Of a stretch of DNA of 64,000 nucleotides, positions 10,706 to 20,178 are shown one piece after another. The notes below the pieces were generated by a model. The model saw nothing but the letters and a program-made list of their open reading frames with translations. It had not been told where the DNA came from and ran no database searches. Where the stretch lies: assembly GCA_041661605.1 (NCBI GenBank), contig JBAZUE010000001.1:734928-798927 (forward strand), given 5' to 3'. The stretch comes from Candidatus Omnitrophota bacterium. GTDB taxonomy: Bacteria; Omnitrophota; Gorgyraeia; Gygaellales; Profunditerraquicolaceae. The translations under genes were made by a program, and so were the position numbers. Position 1 is the first letter of the stretch; the number at the start of each line of letters is the position of its first letter.

Positions 10706-11944
10706 TTATGGCGTCATTGTAAAAATCTTATGCGCGATATCCGGGTATTTGGCGATAAAATTCAACTCATCATCAACCAAAGGTTTCTGATTATGCACAT
10801 TAGCATACCTGACCAATTCCAATATACGGGTAGCCTCGGCATCATCCTTAAAAGCCACCTCCAATTTTTCATAAACATTGCGAAACCCTTTAATCCCGGA
10901 ATACTCTCCGGCGGTAATCTTCCTGCCGGTTTCAATTATTTCCGGCTCGCCCCGGCCAAGCTCCTCATAATCATAAAGCTCATAATTGCGCCTGTCTTTC
11001 AATGCCCCGTCGGCATGAATACCGGACTCATGGGCAAAGGCATTGGCCCCCACTCCGGGCTGGTTAATAGGTATCGGAACACCGAAAGCATAAGAAGCAT
11101 ATTTACAGATCTTCCAGGACATCTTCAAATCCACCTTTTCATCTAAATGATAATCCTGCATCCCATGGCCGAATTTAATCGCTAAAATTACCGAAACCAA
11201 ATCCGCGTTACCGGCACGTTCGCCCATGCCGTTAACACAAGTGTTGATATAAGCATCTACTCCGGCATCATTTGCCGCCTTGGCTCCGGCAATGGAATTA
11301 GCTACCACCAGACCCAGATCATTGTGGCAGTGCACCTCAATAGGCAAACCTACAGCTTCAGCCAGTGATTTTATGCGCTCGTAGATGCTAAAAGGAGTGT
11401 CGCATCCTAATGTATCACAATAACGGATTCTGCTTGCGCCGGCTTGTTTGGCTTTTACGGCAAATTCAATAAGATAATCCATGCCGGTGCGCGAGGCATC
11501 TTCGGCATTTACTCCAATAATCTCTGCGCCGGAATTTATTGCTTCTTTTACCGATTCCTCCATCTCCTGGATTACCGATTGATGATCCAACTTCCCTCTA
11601 AATTTATGAACAATCATCTGGTCGCTGGTTGAGATAGAGAGATTGATGTATTTTAAATGCGGCACCAGTTTAAAAGCAGCCCTTACATCATCTTTTGTCG
11701 CCCGCAGCCATCCGCTTAAGCGGATATTGGAAAATCCCCCTAATTTAACCAACTCTAAATTAGCATTCAGATAATTTGTTTCATGGCGCGTGAGCGGAAA
11801 GCCAAACTCCGACTGGGAAACACCCATTTGATCCAGGTACCAGTTAATCATAGTTTTCTGCAGCTTGGATAAACATATCCGCGAAGTCTGCACTCCGTCG
11901 CGGTTCGTTACATCCAACAGATAAATCTTCGGTGTATGTGCCAT
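10706..11944 (-). CDS. HMGL-like (DRE-TIM) homocitrate/citramalate/2-isopropylmalate synthase family enzyme, short form without a LeuA regulatory domain
   Basis: LLDVTNRDGVQT substrate/metal motif, VHCHNDLGLVVANSIAG and TCVNGMGERAGNADL blocks. 412 aa. Exact substrate is not resolvable by eye. Confidence 0.7.
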   Translation of the reverse strand: MAHTPKIYLLDVTNRDGVQTSRICLSKLQKTMINWYLDQMGVSQSEFGFPLTRHETNYLNANLELVKLGGFSNIRLSGWLRATKDDVRAAFKLVPHLKYINLSISTSDQMIVHKFRGKLDHQSVIQEMEESVKEAINSGAEIIGVNAEDASRTGMDYLIEFAVKAKQAGASRIRYCDTLGCDTPFSIYERIKSLAEAVGLPIEVHCHNDLGLVVANSIAGAKAANDAGVDAYINTCVNGMGERAGNADLVSVILAIKFGHGMQDYHLDEKVDLKMSWKICKYASYAFGVPIPINQPGVGANAFAHESGIHADGALKDRRNYELYDYEELGRGEPEIIETGRKITAGEYSGIKGFRNVYEKLEVAFKDDAEATRILELVRYANVHNQKPLVDDELNFIAKYPDIAHKIFTMTP

Positions 11945-11952
11945 ATTTGCTC

Positions 11953-13674
11953 CTATTTTTTTATTATTTCCCTGAGTTCTTTCCTGTCCGGCGTCCCGCG
12001 TGAAGAAAACATCTGATAATTATCCAAAAGGTAACTTAAGGAAAAACTAACCTCTACTTCTTTATTTAAAGCAATATTTTCGTTAAGCAGGAGCGCCCCT
12101 TCAGGTCCCCTGGCGCAGGCCTTTATTTTATCCGTATCAACCCCTTCAAGGCAATCCTCCCACCAGGAACTATTTATGTTCTTGGCGCGGCAAATTAAAT
12201 AATCCCAGAACTTCTGCGGATAATACTTCTGGACACATACCCCGCGCAGGCACTCTTCTACTTCAGGCGTACCGTTCTTGGCGGAGAATCCTTTATAACT
12301 ACCCACTGCCAGAAAATGCAGGCTTGGATTAAATTCTCTTATTACCAAAAGGACCCCGGCGGCATCTTTATCAAATATACTAAAAAATAAATCCAGGCTC
12401 CCTTTTTTAACCTGGCGGCCGATAAAATAAGAAATTCCGCCTATCTGCGGCTTAAGCATATACACGCCGCCAATTAGCTCCAGGTTATTTTTAAAGCTGT
12501 CAAAGTTACTCTCATTTTCTATTTCTTTCCCGATAATGTAAGCTGGTAAGGTCTTAATCGATAAATCTTTCACCAGCTTTTGCGCCCGCTTCAAATCAAT
12601 ATATTCGGCGCTAATACCGGGGAATTGCTTTTTTAACAGATCCAGGATAGGCTCCGTATTACAGACAACGCAGTCCTTTGCGCTTATCACAGTCAACTTC
12701 AATTTATTCGGCTCAGGGAACAAACAGCTGGCTTTAAGCTCTCCGGGATTCTGACAATTACCTGTCAACCCGTCCTTTTTACAGTTGGCATCGGAATAAC
12801 AACGCGGCAATATTGCAAGTATATCCGGGTCATCGGCTATTTTATCCGACAGCCGGATCTCTTCAACCTTACAGGTCAAAAGCTTTCCGTTTTTAACATC
12901 CAGAGTCAATTTCCCAAGCTTACGCCCCTGCCAAAAAGGATGCACAATAAAAGTAGAGCCCACCTTAGGCTCTAACTCCTCTCTTACCGGATTATATCCC
13001 ATAAAGAGTATATCTATATCTTTGACTTTAGAAATTAAATCCAAATCTTCTTTTTTACCCAGGGTGCTTAAAACAACCACTACTTCTACGCCTTCATTCT
13101 TAAGACGGCCCACCAACCGGCCTACCTCCTTGGGCGCCTCAACTTTTAAGCCTTCTGATTTCTGACCGGCAGATAAACTAGTTAAACCAATGATCCCTAT
13201 CTTTATCCCGGAGACCTGCTTGACAATATAAGGCTCAACTTTATCCGACTCTAAATTAGCGCTTAAGAAAGCGGGGCTGTCTTTTCCCGAATTCTTTAAG
13301 AAAAAACTCTTCCCAAAATTAAATTCGTCGCTGCTTATGCCCACGGCATCATATTGCATCAACTTCATTGCCTTAAGATTTACTTCAGTGCGCTGCATAT
13401 CCAGAAGGGTATTCTGAGTATATTCATCCATCAGCCCTCCGGCGGTAAAAGCGCCGCAATCTAAAAGCAACAGGCCCGGGGATTTTCTTCTTAACTCTTT
13501 CACCAGGCTCGCCCTGCGGGCGATCCCGCCATCCTGCTCGATAGGACAACTGCAGGGATAAAGCATGGCATGGGTATTGCCGGTATAAAGGATAGTTATT
13601 TCTTTCGCATAAAGGTTACAGACACTCAAGGCGATAAACCCCAAAATAAACAAAACAGATTTAACTTTTTTCAT
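11953..13674 (-). CDS. secreted protein: degenerate 5'-nucleotidase/metallophosphoesterase-like N-half plus Cys-rich and thioredoxin-like C-half
   Basis: Signal peptide MKKVKSVLFILGFIALSVCNLYA. The N-half has the spacing of UshA-type nucleotidases but altered metal motifs (ILYTGNTHAML, LLLDCGAFTAGG, VGISSDEFNFG). The C-half has CVVC and a TLPAYI cis-Pro-like loop. ATGA overlap with serA. Confidence 0.5.
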   Translation of the reverse strand: MKKVKSVLFILGFIALSVCNLYAKEITILYTGNTHAMLYPCSCPIEQDGGIARRASLVKELRRKSPGLLLLDCGAFTAGGLMDEYTQNTLLDMQRTEVNLKAMKLMQYDAVGISSDEFNFGKSFFLKNSGKDSPAFLSANLESDKVEPYIVKQVSGIKIGIIGLTSLSAGQKSEGLKVEAPKEVGRLVGRLKNEGVEVVVVLSTLGKKEDLDLISKVKDIDILFMGYNPVREELEPKVGSTFIVHPFWQGRKLGKLTLDVKNGKLLTCKVEEIRLSDKIADDPDILAILPRCYSDANCKKDGLTGNCQNPGELKASCLFPEPNKLKLTVISAKDCVVCNTEPILDLLKKQFPGISAEYIDLKRAQKLVKDLSIKTLPAYIIGKEIENESNFDSFKNNLELIGGVYMLKPQIGGISYFIGRQVKKGSLDLFFSIFDKDAAGVLLVIREFNPSLHFLAVGSYKGFSAKNGTPEVEECLRGVCVQKYYPQKFWDYLICRAKNINSSWWEDCLEGVDTDKIKACARGPEGALLLNENIALNKEVEVSFSLSYLLDNYQMFSSRGTPDRKELREIIKK

Positions 13675-15257
13675 GTGCGGATAACCTTTACAGTTAAAAT
13701 GTTTTCTAATTCCCGTATCTTATCCTGGATATCCTGGCTGACCTGGCTGTCTACGTTTAATACACTTATTGCCTTTCCTCCCTGCTGGTCCCTGCCAAAG
13801 GTCATCGCGGCGATATTGATTCCGTTCTTGCCCATAAGCGTCCCAAGGCTGCCGATTAAACCGGGTTTATCCCAGTTACGGATAAAAACCATCTCGCCAA
13901 TCGGATATAATTCAAGATAATAATCGTCGATTTTTACAATGCGCGGCTGTTTGTTGCTGGAGAGCGTCCCAAAGACTTTTTTTGCCTCCTTATCCGTCTT
14001 GATTTCTAATTGGATCAGATTTACAAATTCCCCTTCCTGGGCCGACTTTGATTCACGTAATTTTATGCCTCTTTCCTTAAGTAAAGATACGGCATTAACA
14101 AAATTCACCGTTTCTTTCAATATAGGTTCGAGCACCCCTTTGGCAAGAGCCAGAGTTACCGGGCTTAAATCATATTTAGTAATCTCTCCGCTATAATTTA
14201 TAACTAACTCCTGGAACCTTCCCTCTACAAGCTGGGCGGCAAACATTCCCAGTTTTTCACCTAAATTAATATAAGGGTTAAGAATTTTGCAAACCTCAGC
14301 TTCTAAACATGGATAATTAGCGGCATTACGTATACCCCTGCCTAAAAGGGCGTCACGCACAATCTCGGCCACCTCAATTGCCACATTCACCTGCGCCTCT
14401 TCGGTAGAAGCACCCAGATGCGGGGTAATAATTACATTATCAAGCTTTAAAAATTCATTCTCCGCCGATAGCGGCTCGCTCTCAAAAACATCCATGGCTG
14501 CGCCAGCAACCTTAAGTTCTTTTAAGGCCTTAACTAAAGCTACCTCATCGATTATCCCGCCGCGGGCGCAATTTATTATACGCACTCCTTTTTTCATTAA
14601 AGCAAACTCTTTATCTGAAATCATATGCCTGGTTTCATTGGTTAACGGAGTATGTACGGTAATATAATCAGCCTCCTGCAGCACCTTCTTTAATTCCGCG
14701 ACCTCGACGCCAATGCTTTCGGCAACCTCAGCCGACAGAAACGGGTCATATGCCAACACCTTCATTCCAAATGACAAGGCACGCTTGGCCACTTCAGAGC
14801 CGATACGGCCAAAACCTACTATGCCAAGGGATTTTCCGTAGAGTTCGACCCCCATAAATTTTGAGCGCTTCCATTCCCCTTTCTTCGTTGATGCATTAGC
14901 CTGCGGAATATTCCTGGAAAGAGCAAGGATCATACTAAAAGTATGCTCGGCGGTAGAGATAGTATTGCCAGCCGGGGTATTCATAACAATGATACCTTTT
15001 TGCGTAGCTGCCTCCAAATCAACATTATCCAGGCCGACTCCGGCGCGTCCGATAACTTTAAGCTTCTTAGCGGCCTGAATTACGTCTTTAGTTACCTTTG
15101 TTGCGCTGCGTACTACCAGCGCATCATAATCTTTAATTACCTCCTTCAGGGCGTCTGGCTTTAAATCTGTTTTTACATCCACGGTAAGTTCCTTGGATTC
15201 TTTAAATACTTTTAGCCCCTCTTCGGATAAAGCATCGCTGACTAAAACCTTAATCAT
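13671..15257 (-). CDS. serA: D-3-phosphoglycerate dehydrogenase (long form with ASB/ACT domains)
   Basis: GIVGFGRIGSEVAKR NAD site, CARGGIIDE, TPHLGASTEEAQ, 528 aa with a C-terminal ACT-like domain. Confidence 0.92.
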   Translation of the reverse strand: MIKVLVSDALSEEGLKVFKESKELTVDVKTDLKPDALKEVIKDYDALVVRSATKVTKDVIQAAKKLKVIGRAGVGLDNVDLEAATQKGIIVMNTPAGNTISTAEHTFSMILALSRNIPQANASTKKGEWKRSKFMGVELYGKSLGIVGFGRIGSEVAKRALSFGMKVLAYDPFLSAEVAESIGVEVAELKKVLQEADYITVHTPLTNETRHMISDKEFALMKKGVRIINCARGGIIDEVALVKALKELKVAGAAMDVFESEPLSAENEFLKLDNVIITPHLGASTEEAQVNVAIEVAEIVRDALLGRGIRNAANYPCLEAEVCKILNPYINLGEKLGMFAAQLVEGRFQELVINYSGEITKYDLSPVTLALAKGVLEPILKETVNFVNAVSLLKERGIKLRESKSAQEGEFVNLIQLEIKTDKEAKKVFGTLSSNKQPRIVKIDDYYLELYPIGEMVFIRNWDKPGLIGSLGTLMGKNGINIAAMTFGRDQQGGKAISVLNVDSQVSQDIQDKIRELENILTVKVIRT

Positions 15258-15258
15258 T

Positions 15259-16407
15259 TTACCTGCTCTCCTTCTTTAAAAATACCTCTTCAGCCGCGCT
15301 GACACCGGCTCCAAGTTTAAAAACATACCCTGATTCTTTTAAGACTTTCTCAAGACAGGAAATGCCCGCAATGATATCAAATTCTTCAATAAAACCCATG
15401 TGGGCAAACCTGAAAATTTTGCCTTTTAATTCAGCCTGGCCACCGGCTATAGTTACCCCATAGACATCGCGCATGGTCTTAACTAATTTCTCCCCTTCAA
15501 TACCGGCGGGGACCTTTACCGCGGTTACCACATCTGAAGAAGCATCGGGAGCGAATAATTCTAAGCCCAACGCCTTCATGGCAGCCTTAGTGGCGGAAGC
15601 CATTATTTTATGGCGATTGAATATATTTTCCAGGCCATCCTGCTTCATCATTCTCAATACTTCCACTAAAGCAATAACCAGGGAAATAGCCGGAGTAAAA
15701 GGTGTATCTGTCTTTTGAATCGCTTTCTTAGCCACTGTTAAATCAAAATAATACCGCGGACTCTTTGAAACAGAAATCAGCTCCCAGGCCTTTTTACTTA
15801 CGCTTATAAAAGCAAGTCCCGGAGGGAGCATGAAACCTTTTTGTGAGCCTGAAACACAAACATCAACACCCCAGGCATCAGTTTTTAAATCGATAGCTCC
15901 CAGGCCGCTGATTGCATCCACTACTAAGACTGCTTTAAATTTAGCAACCACCTTGCCAATAGCCTCAATATCGCTGACTACTCCGGTAGAGGTTTCACAA
16001 AGAGTGGTAAAAACGGCTTTAATATTAGGGTTGGCCTGAAGCCTTTTTTCTATCTCCTTAGGGTCTACTGCCTTACCCCACTCAACCTTAATCACCTCCG
16101 CTTTAACTCCATAACTTGTACATAACTCTGTCCAACGTTCTCCGAATTTACCGCTTTCTACGGTGATCGCAGTATCCTGCGCAGAAAGCAGGTTAGCTAC
16201 CGCAGCCTCCATCGCGCCTGTACCGGAAGAGGTAAGAATAAAAACTTCTGATTGTGTCTGGAATACATATTTTAACCCCTCAGTAGCTTCTTTAAGTATT
16301 GCCTGAAACTGCGGGGTGCGGTGATGGATAATCGGCTTGCCCAGGGCCTGGCATACTTCAGGCGGAAGCGGAGTCGGACCAGGTGTCAAAAGATAGTTTT
16401 TTCTCAT
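15259..16407 (-). CDS. class V aminotransferase (serine-pyruvate/alanine-glyoxylate family), probable phosphoserine aminotransferase given the serA coupling
   Basis: LLTPGPTPLP N-terminus, SGTGAMEAAVANL, and SGSQKGFMLPPG (PLP-lysine region). 1-nt gap to serA. Confidence 0.8.
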   Translation of the reverse strand: MRKNYLLTPGPTPLPPEVCQALGKPIIHHRTPQFQAILKEATEGLKYVFQTQSEVFILTSSGTGAMEAAVANLLSAQDTAITVESGKFGERWTELCTSYGVKAEVIKVEWGKAVDPKEIEKRLQANPNIKAVFTTLCETSTGVVSDIEAIGKVVAKFKAVLVVDAISGLGAIDLKTDAWGVDVCVSGSQKGFMLPPGLAFISVSKKAWELISVSKSPRYYFDLTVAKKAIQKTDTPFTPAISLVIALVEVLRMMKQDGLENIFNRHKIMASATKAAMKALGLELFAPDASSDVVTAVKVPAGIEGEKLVKTMRDVYGVTIAGGQAELKGKIFRFAHMGFIEEFDIIAGISCLEKVLKESGYVFKLGAGVSAAEEVFLKKESR

Positions 16408-16418
16408 TTTCGTTCCCC

Positions 16419-17030
16419 TTATTTTAATTTCTTGTTGTTTAATACCACTTCATCAATTATACCGTAATCCTTTGCTTCTTGAGCAGACATAAAATAATCC
16501 CTGTCAGTATCCTTTTGTATTTTCTCCAGCGACTGTGCCGTGTGATGCACCAGGATCTCATTAATTTTATCGCGAAGGTGTAAAATCTCCTTAGCCTGTA
16601 TAGATATATCGGCAGCCGCTCCCTGCACCCCTCCCCAGGGCTGGTGGATCATTACCCGTGAGTTAGGAAGGACAAAACGTTTCCCTTTGGTTCCCGCTGC
16701 CAGCAAGACCGCCCCCATACTGGCTGCCTGACCGACGCAATAAGTTGCCACATCGCATTTTATAAACTGAATAGTGTCGTATATCGCCAGACCCGCGGTA
16801 ACCGAGCCCCCGGGCGAGTTAATATAGACATTAATGTCCTTATCTTTCTCTTCCATCTGCAAGAAAAGCATCTGGGCAATCACGAGATTAGCCACATAAT
16901 CATCAATAGGCGTGCCGATAAAGACAATGCGGTCTTTTAAAAGACGCGAGTAAATATCGTAGGCACGCTCATAACCCCTGGCAGTTTGCTCAATTACCAT
17001 AGGAACCAATACCTGCATTTTCGTATCCAT
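16419..17030 (-). CDS. clpP: ATP-dependent Clp protease proteolytic subunit
   Basis: [27 protein letters not shown] (active-site Ser) and MIHQP (His) blocks. Confidence 0.96.
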   Translation of the reverse strand: MDTKMQVLVPMVIEQTARGYERAYDIYSRLLKDRIVFIGTPIDDYVANLVIAQMLFLQMEEKDKDINVYINSPGGSVTAGLAIYDTIQFIKCDVATYCVGQAASMGAVLLAAGTKGKRFVLPNSRVMIHQPWGGVQGAAADISIQAKEILHLRDKINEILVHHTAQSLEKIQKDTDRDYFMSAQEAKDYGIIDEVVLNNKKLK

Positions 17031-17043
17031 CGTAGCCTCCGTT

Positions 17044-17922
17044 TTAATGAGTCTCCTGCCAATCCGCTTCGCCTAATAAAAATTCCATTACCTTGGCTGG
17101 CATATGATCATCCATGGGAATACCCTCTTTTTTGGCAATCTGGGATAAAACTAAATACACCTTAACCTGTTTTTTAGCCTGAGGCTGTATCCCCTCCAGG
17201 ATCAACTTCTCCTGTTCCTCGATTTTATCACGGGGTAGCCCCTTCATCGCTAAATCCAGTTTTGTCTGACGCAGCATATCCTGAGCCTGCCGGTTAACCA
17301 GGCCTTCGGGAACTTTAAATTCCAAGTCCTTCAGCAGATTATCAATCAATTCATTTTCAATACGCTGGCGTTCCTGATTTTCCTTATTAATAAAAATCTG
17401 TCTCTCTACCGCCTTCTCAAATTCCGCCAGATTTGGATATCCTAAAGAACGGCTGAACTTATCATCTATATTCTCTGCCTTGCGCGATTCCTTAACGGAA
17501 TCGAGCTGCTTCTTTATCTCTTCGGTAGATACCATGACTAATTTGTAATTTATCTTCTTTTTCTTATAGTCCTTAATTGCAATCTCCGGAGTCACTTCTA
17601 CAACCGCCTTAAAAGAAAGATTGCTGCGGTCCAGCTTCACATCGGTTATCTGCGGTAATTCGATCACATCAAGCTTCTCTGCCGTGATCGCCTGGTTATA
17701 CACATCAGGAACCAGCTCTTTTAATACCTGCTCATGGACTGAAGACGCATAATGTTTTTCTAAGACATCCCGCGGAGCCTTGCCCGGACGGAATCCCGGT
17801 ACCTTTGCCTCCTTGGCAACCTGGGAGAAAACTTCTTCAAATTTATTTTTAACTAATTCCCCGCTGACTGTTACGCTTAATTCGCATTTAGTACTATCCA
17901 GTTTCTTTACTTCAGTTTTCAT
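17044..17922 (-). CDS. tig: trigger factor, short form lacking the FKBP-type PPIase domain
   Basis: ORF 17044..17976 begins at a GTG. ATG 17922 (MKTEVKKLD) has SD AGGAAAGGGA. Ribosome-binding signature GFRPGKAP is present. The N-domain runs directly into C-domain-like helices (see finding). Classic tig-clpP adjacency. Confidence 0.8.
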   Translation of the reverse strand: MKTEVKKLDSTKCELSVTVSGELVKNKFEEVFSQVAKEAKVPGFRPGKAPRDVLEKHYASSVHEQVLKELVPDVYNQAITAEKLDVIELPQITDVKLDRSNLSFKAVVEVTPEIAIKDYKKKKINYKLVMVSTEEIKKQLDSVKESRKAENIDDKFSRSLGYPNLAEFEKAVERQIFINKENQERQRIENELIDNLLKDLEFKVPEGLVNRQAQDMLRQTKLDLAMKGLPRDKIEEQEKLILEGIQPQAKKQVKVYLVLSQIAKKEGIPMDDHMPAKVMEFLLGEADWQETH

Positions 17923-18044
17923 TTGAATCCCTTTCCTATTTTTTATATGTATATATGAGATCCTTCGCTTAATCACTTGAAGATTTCTACGAAATCTTCT
18001 GCGTAAGCTCAGGATGATTTCGCCTTCTCAATAAGAGGGCGAAA

Positions 18045-18767
18045 TCACATTCTGAATTTTTCCCCCAGATAAACCTCGCGCGCGCGCGGGTGGCTGATCA
18101 ATTCATGCGCTGTACCTGAAATAAGAATAGACCCGTCGGCAATCAAATAAGCCCGGTCAGTTATAGCCAGGGTCTCACGCACGTTATGATCAGTTAATAA
18201 AATTCCCAACCCCTTAGCTTTTAGCTCTTTGATGATCTCCTGGGCTTCATTGACTACTATAGGGTCAATACCGGAAAATGGCTCGTCCAAAAGTATAAAA
18301 GAAGGATTGGTTACCAACGCGCGGGTAATCTCCAGGCGCCGCCGTTCCCCTCCGCTTAAGGTATACGCTTTATTTTTTGCCAAATGCGCAATATTCAATT
18401 CTTCAAGCAGGGAAATCAACCTGCGTTTTCTTTGTGAACGGCTCAAGGGGAGAGTTTCCAGGATAGCGTTTATGTTTTCCGCAACCGTTAATTTGCGGAA
18501 TATCGAAGCCTCCTGGGAAAGATACCCTATCCCAAAACGCGCGCGTTCGTGAATAGGCAGGTTCGTAATTTCGTGGTTATCAAAAACAATCGTACCGCGG
18601 TTTGGCGGCACAATGCCTACGATCATATAAAAAGTCGTGGTCTTACCGGCGCCATTGGGCCCAAGCAAACCTACGATTTCACCCCGCTTAACCGTGATAT
18701 CTACGCCGTTAACCACGGTACGTCCGTCGTATGATTTAGCTAAACCTTTAGTTTCCAAAAGCTGCAT
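18045..18767 (-). CDS. lptB: LPS export ABC transporter ATP-binding protein
   Basis: GLLGPNGAGKTTTFYM Walker A, LSGGERRRLEITRAL signature, ILLDEPF Walker B. Adjacent to the LptA/C-like gene and the kds genes. Confidence 0.9.
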   Translation of the reverse strand: MQLLETKGLAKSYDGRTVVNGVDITVKRGEIVGLLGPNGAGKTTTFYMIVGIVPPNRGTIVFDNHEITNLPIHERARFGIGYLSQEASIFRKLTVAENINAILETLPLSRSQRKRRLISLLEELNIAHLAKNKAYTLSGGERRRLEITRALVTNPSFILLDEPFSGIDPIVVNEAQEIIKELKAKGLGILLTDHNVRETLAITDRAYLIADGSILISGTAHELISHPRAREVYLGEKFRM

Positions 18768-19644
18768 TCAAATTCTCCGTTTGATAAATCTCTATCTGGG
18801 GCCTGCCGGTCAACACTATCCTCTTATCCAAAGCAGTATAGACCGCCCCCTGGCTAAAAGACGTATTTTCACCGCGCAATATACGCACATTCCCCCGGGC
18901 AACAATCTTATTGATAGAACTGGACATCACCGCAGATCCTTCGTTCTTCTTTGGCCCTTCCTGTTTCGGGGTAAAATAAACTTCCATTTTATCGCTGTAC
19001 ATAGTTAAATCCGGCGTTTCTACTTTAACATTATTATTAAATATGGCAATATTTTTTTCGTAATCTACCTCCAGTGGCCCATCGCAGATAATCATGATCT
19101 TTTCTTTCTTGCCCTTTTGCTTATCTTGCGGCTCGATATCCAAACGCACATCTTTTTCCAATGCCACCTGTTTAAGCTCGGTCTGACCCCTTGCCCCTAC
19201 GCCGGTAAGGTTCATGTCTGAGCGCTGAAGATTGATCTTGTCCAAAGTGCTGACTATCTGTTTTTTCCGGTCCCAATCCAGGGAATTAGTGGTCAACTTT
19301 GATCCACTTGAGGTGGTAATCACCACATTATCTTCTAAATGCACAACCCCGCTTTTCTTGTTAAAATCTCCGTTATCAGCGGTAAGGTTAATGCTGTCTT
19401 TATCCGCGTAATGGTTGCCCACTACTTCCTTAAGCTTGACTACCTCATTAAATATGTCCGCTGATTTTCCGGCCAGGTCCCAGGATTTCTTGCCTTTTTC
19501 GCCGTATCCTGAAAGAGAGAAATCCCCGATTTGCTGGTCAGAATCCTTAGCCTCTTTTACTGTTTTAATGGTTTCAACTGCCAAAGCGCTGGCGGAGAAA
19601 GACACAAACAACAAGATCAAAAATACAAGCTTCTTAAACTCCAT
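18748..19644 (-). CDS. LPS transport periplasmic protein with LptC-like N-half and LptA (OstA)-like C-half
   Basis: Signal/anchor MEFKKLVFLILLFVSFSASALA. First half resembles LptC (LTADNGDFNKKSGVVHLEDNVVITTSSGSKLTTNSLDWD). Second half resembles LptA (ICDGPLEVDYEKNIAIFNNNVKVETPDLTMYSDKMEVYF...ARGNVRILRGENTSFSQGAVYT...LTGRPQ). Similarity judged by eye only. Confidence 0.6.
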   Translation of the reverse strand: MEFKKLVFLILLFVSFSASALAVETIKTVKEAKDSDQQIGDFSLSGYGEKGKKSWDLAGKSADIFNEVVKLKEVVGNHYADKDSINLTADNGDFNKKSGVVHLEDNVVITTSSGSKLTTNSLDWDRKKQIVSTLDKINLQRSDMNLTGVGARGQTELKQVALEKDVRLDIEPQDKQKGKKEKIMIICDGPLEVDYEKNIAIFNNNVKVETPDLTMYSDKMEVYFTPKQEGPKKNEGSAVMSSSINKIVARGNVRILRGENTSFSQGAVYTALDKRIVLTGRPQIEIYQTENLNAAFGN

Positions 19645-20176
19645 AAAATTTTAAAATATCTTTCCATTTACCCTGCGATTTAAGGATCAATTCAGCTACC
19701 TCCCTGACAGCGCCGCGGCCGCCTGTATGGCTGGTTACATAAATTGCGGCCTCTTTTATTTCTCCTGAAGCGTTTCCCACCGCTATCGGCACACCCACTT
19801 TATGCATAAGCGACAGATCCACTAAATCATCCGCCACAAAACAAATTTCGTCTACGAGAACTTTATATTTCTTGATAATTTTACCCAAGACCGCGGTCTT
19901 AGGGAAGACGTCGGCAAAAACTTCAGCCACCCGCATATCTTTGGCGCGCGGAAAGATAGTTTTAGAACTTTTAGCCGTAATCAGGATGGTAGGAATCCCT
20001 GCTTTATTTAAAACATAAACCCCTAAACCGTCGTGCACATCAAAAAACTTCAATTCATTTCCCCGGGAATCATAGACTATCCTGCCGTCAGTCAAAACCC
20101 CGTCTACATCCAATAAGAGCAGTTTGACTTTTCGCAGGCGCCCGTTTAAGCCTTCCCTTGTTTCTTTCTTAAGCAT
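19634..20176 (-). CDS. kdsC: 3-deoxy-D-manno-octulosonate 8-phosphate phosphatase (HAD)
   Basis: LLLLDVDGVLTDGRIVY, DGLGV, ADDLVDL and HTGGRGAVREV blocks typical of KdsC. Located in the kds cluster. Confidence 0.86.
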   Translation of the reverse strand: MLKKETREGLNGRLRKVKLLLLDVDGVLTDGRIVYDSRGNELKFFDVHDGLGVYVLNKAGIPTILITAKSSKTIFPRAKDMRVAEVFADVFPKTAVLGKIIKKYKVLVDEICFVADDLVDLSLMHKVGVPIAVGNASGEIKEAAIYVTSHTGGRGAVREVAELILKSQGKWKDILKFYGV

Positions 20177-20178
20177 AA

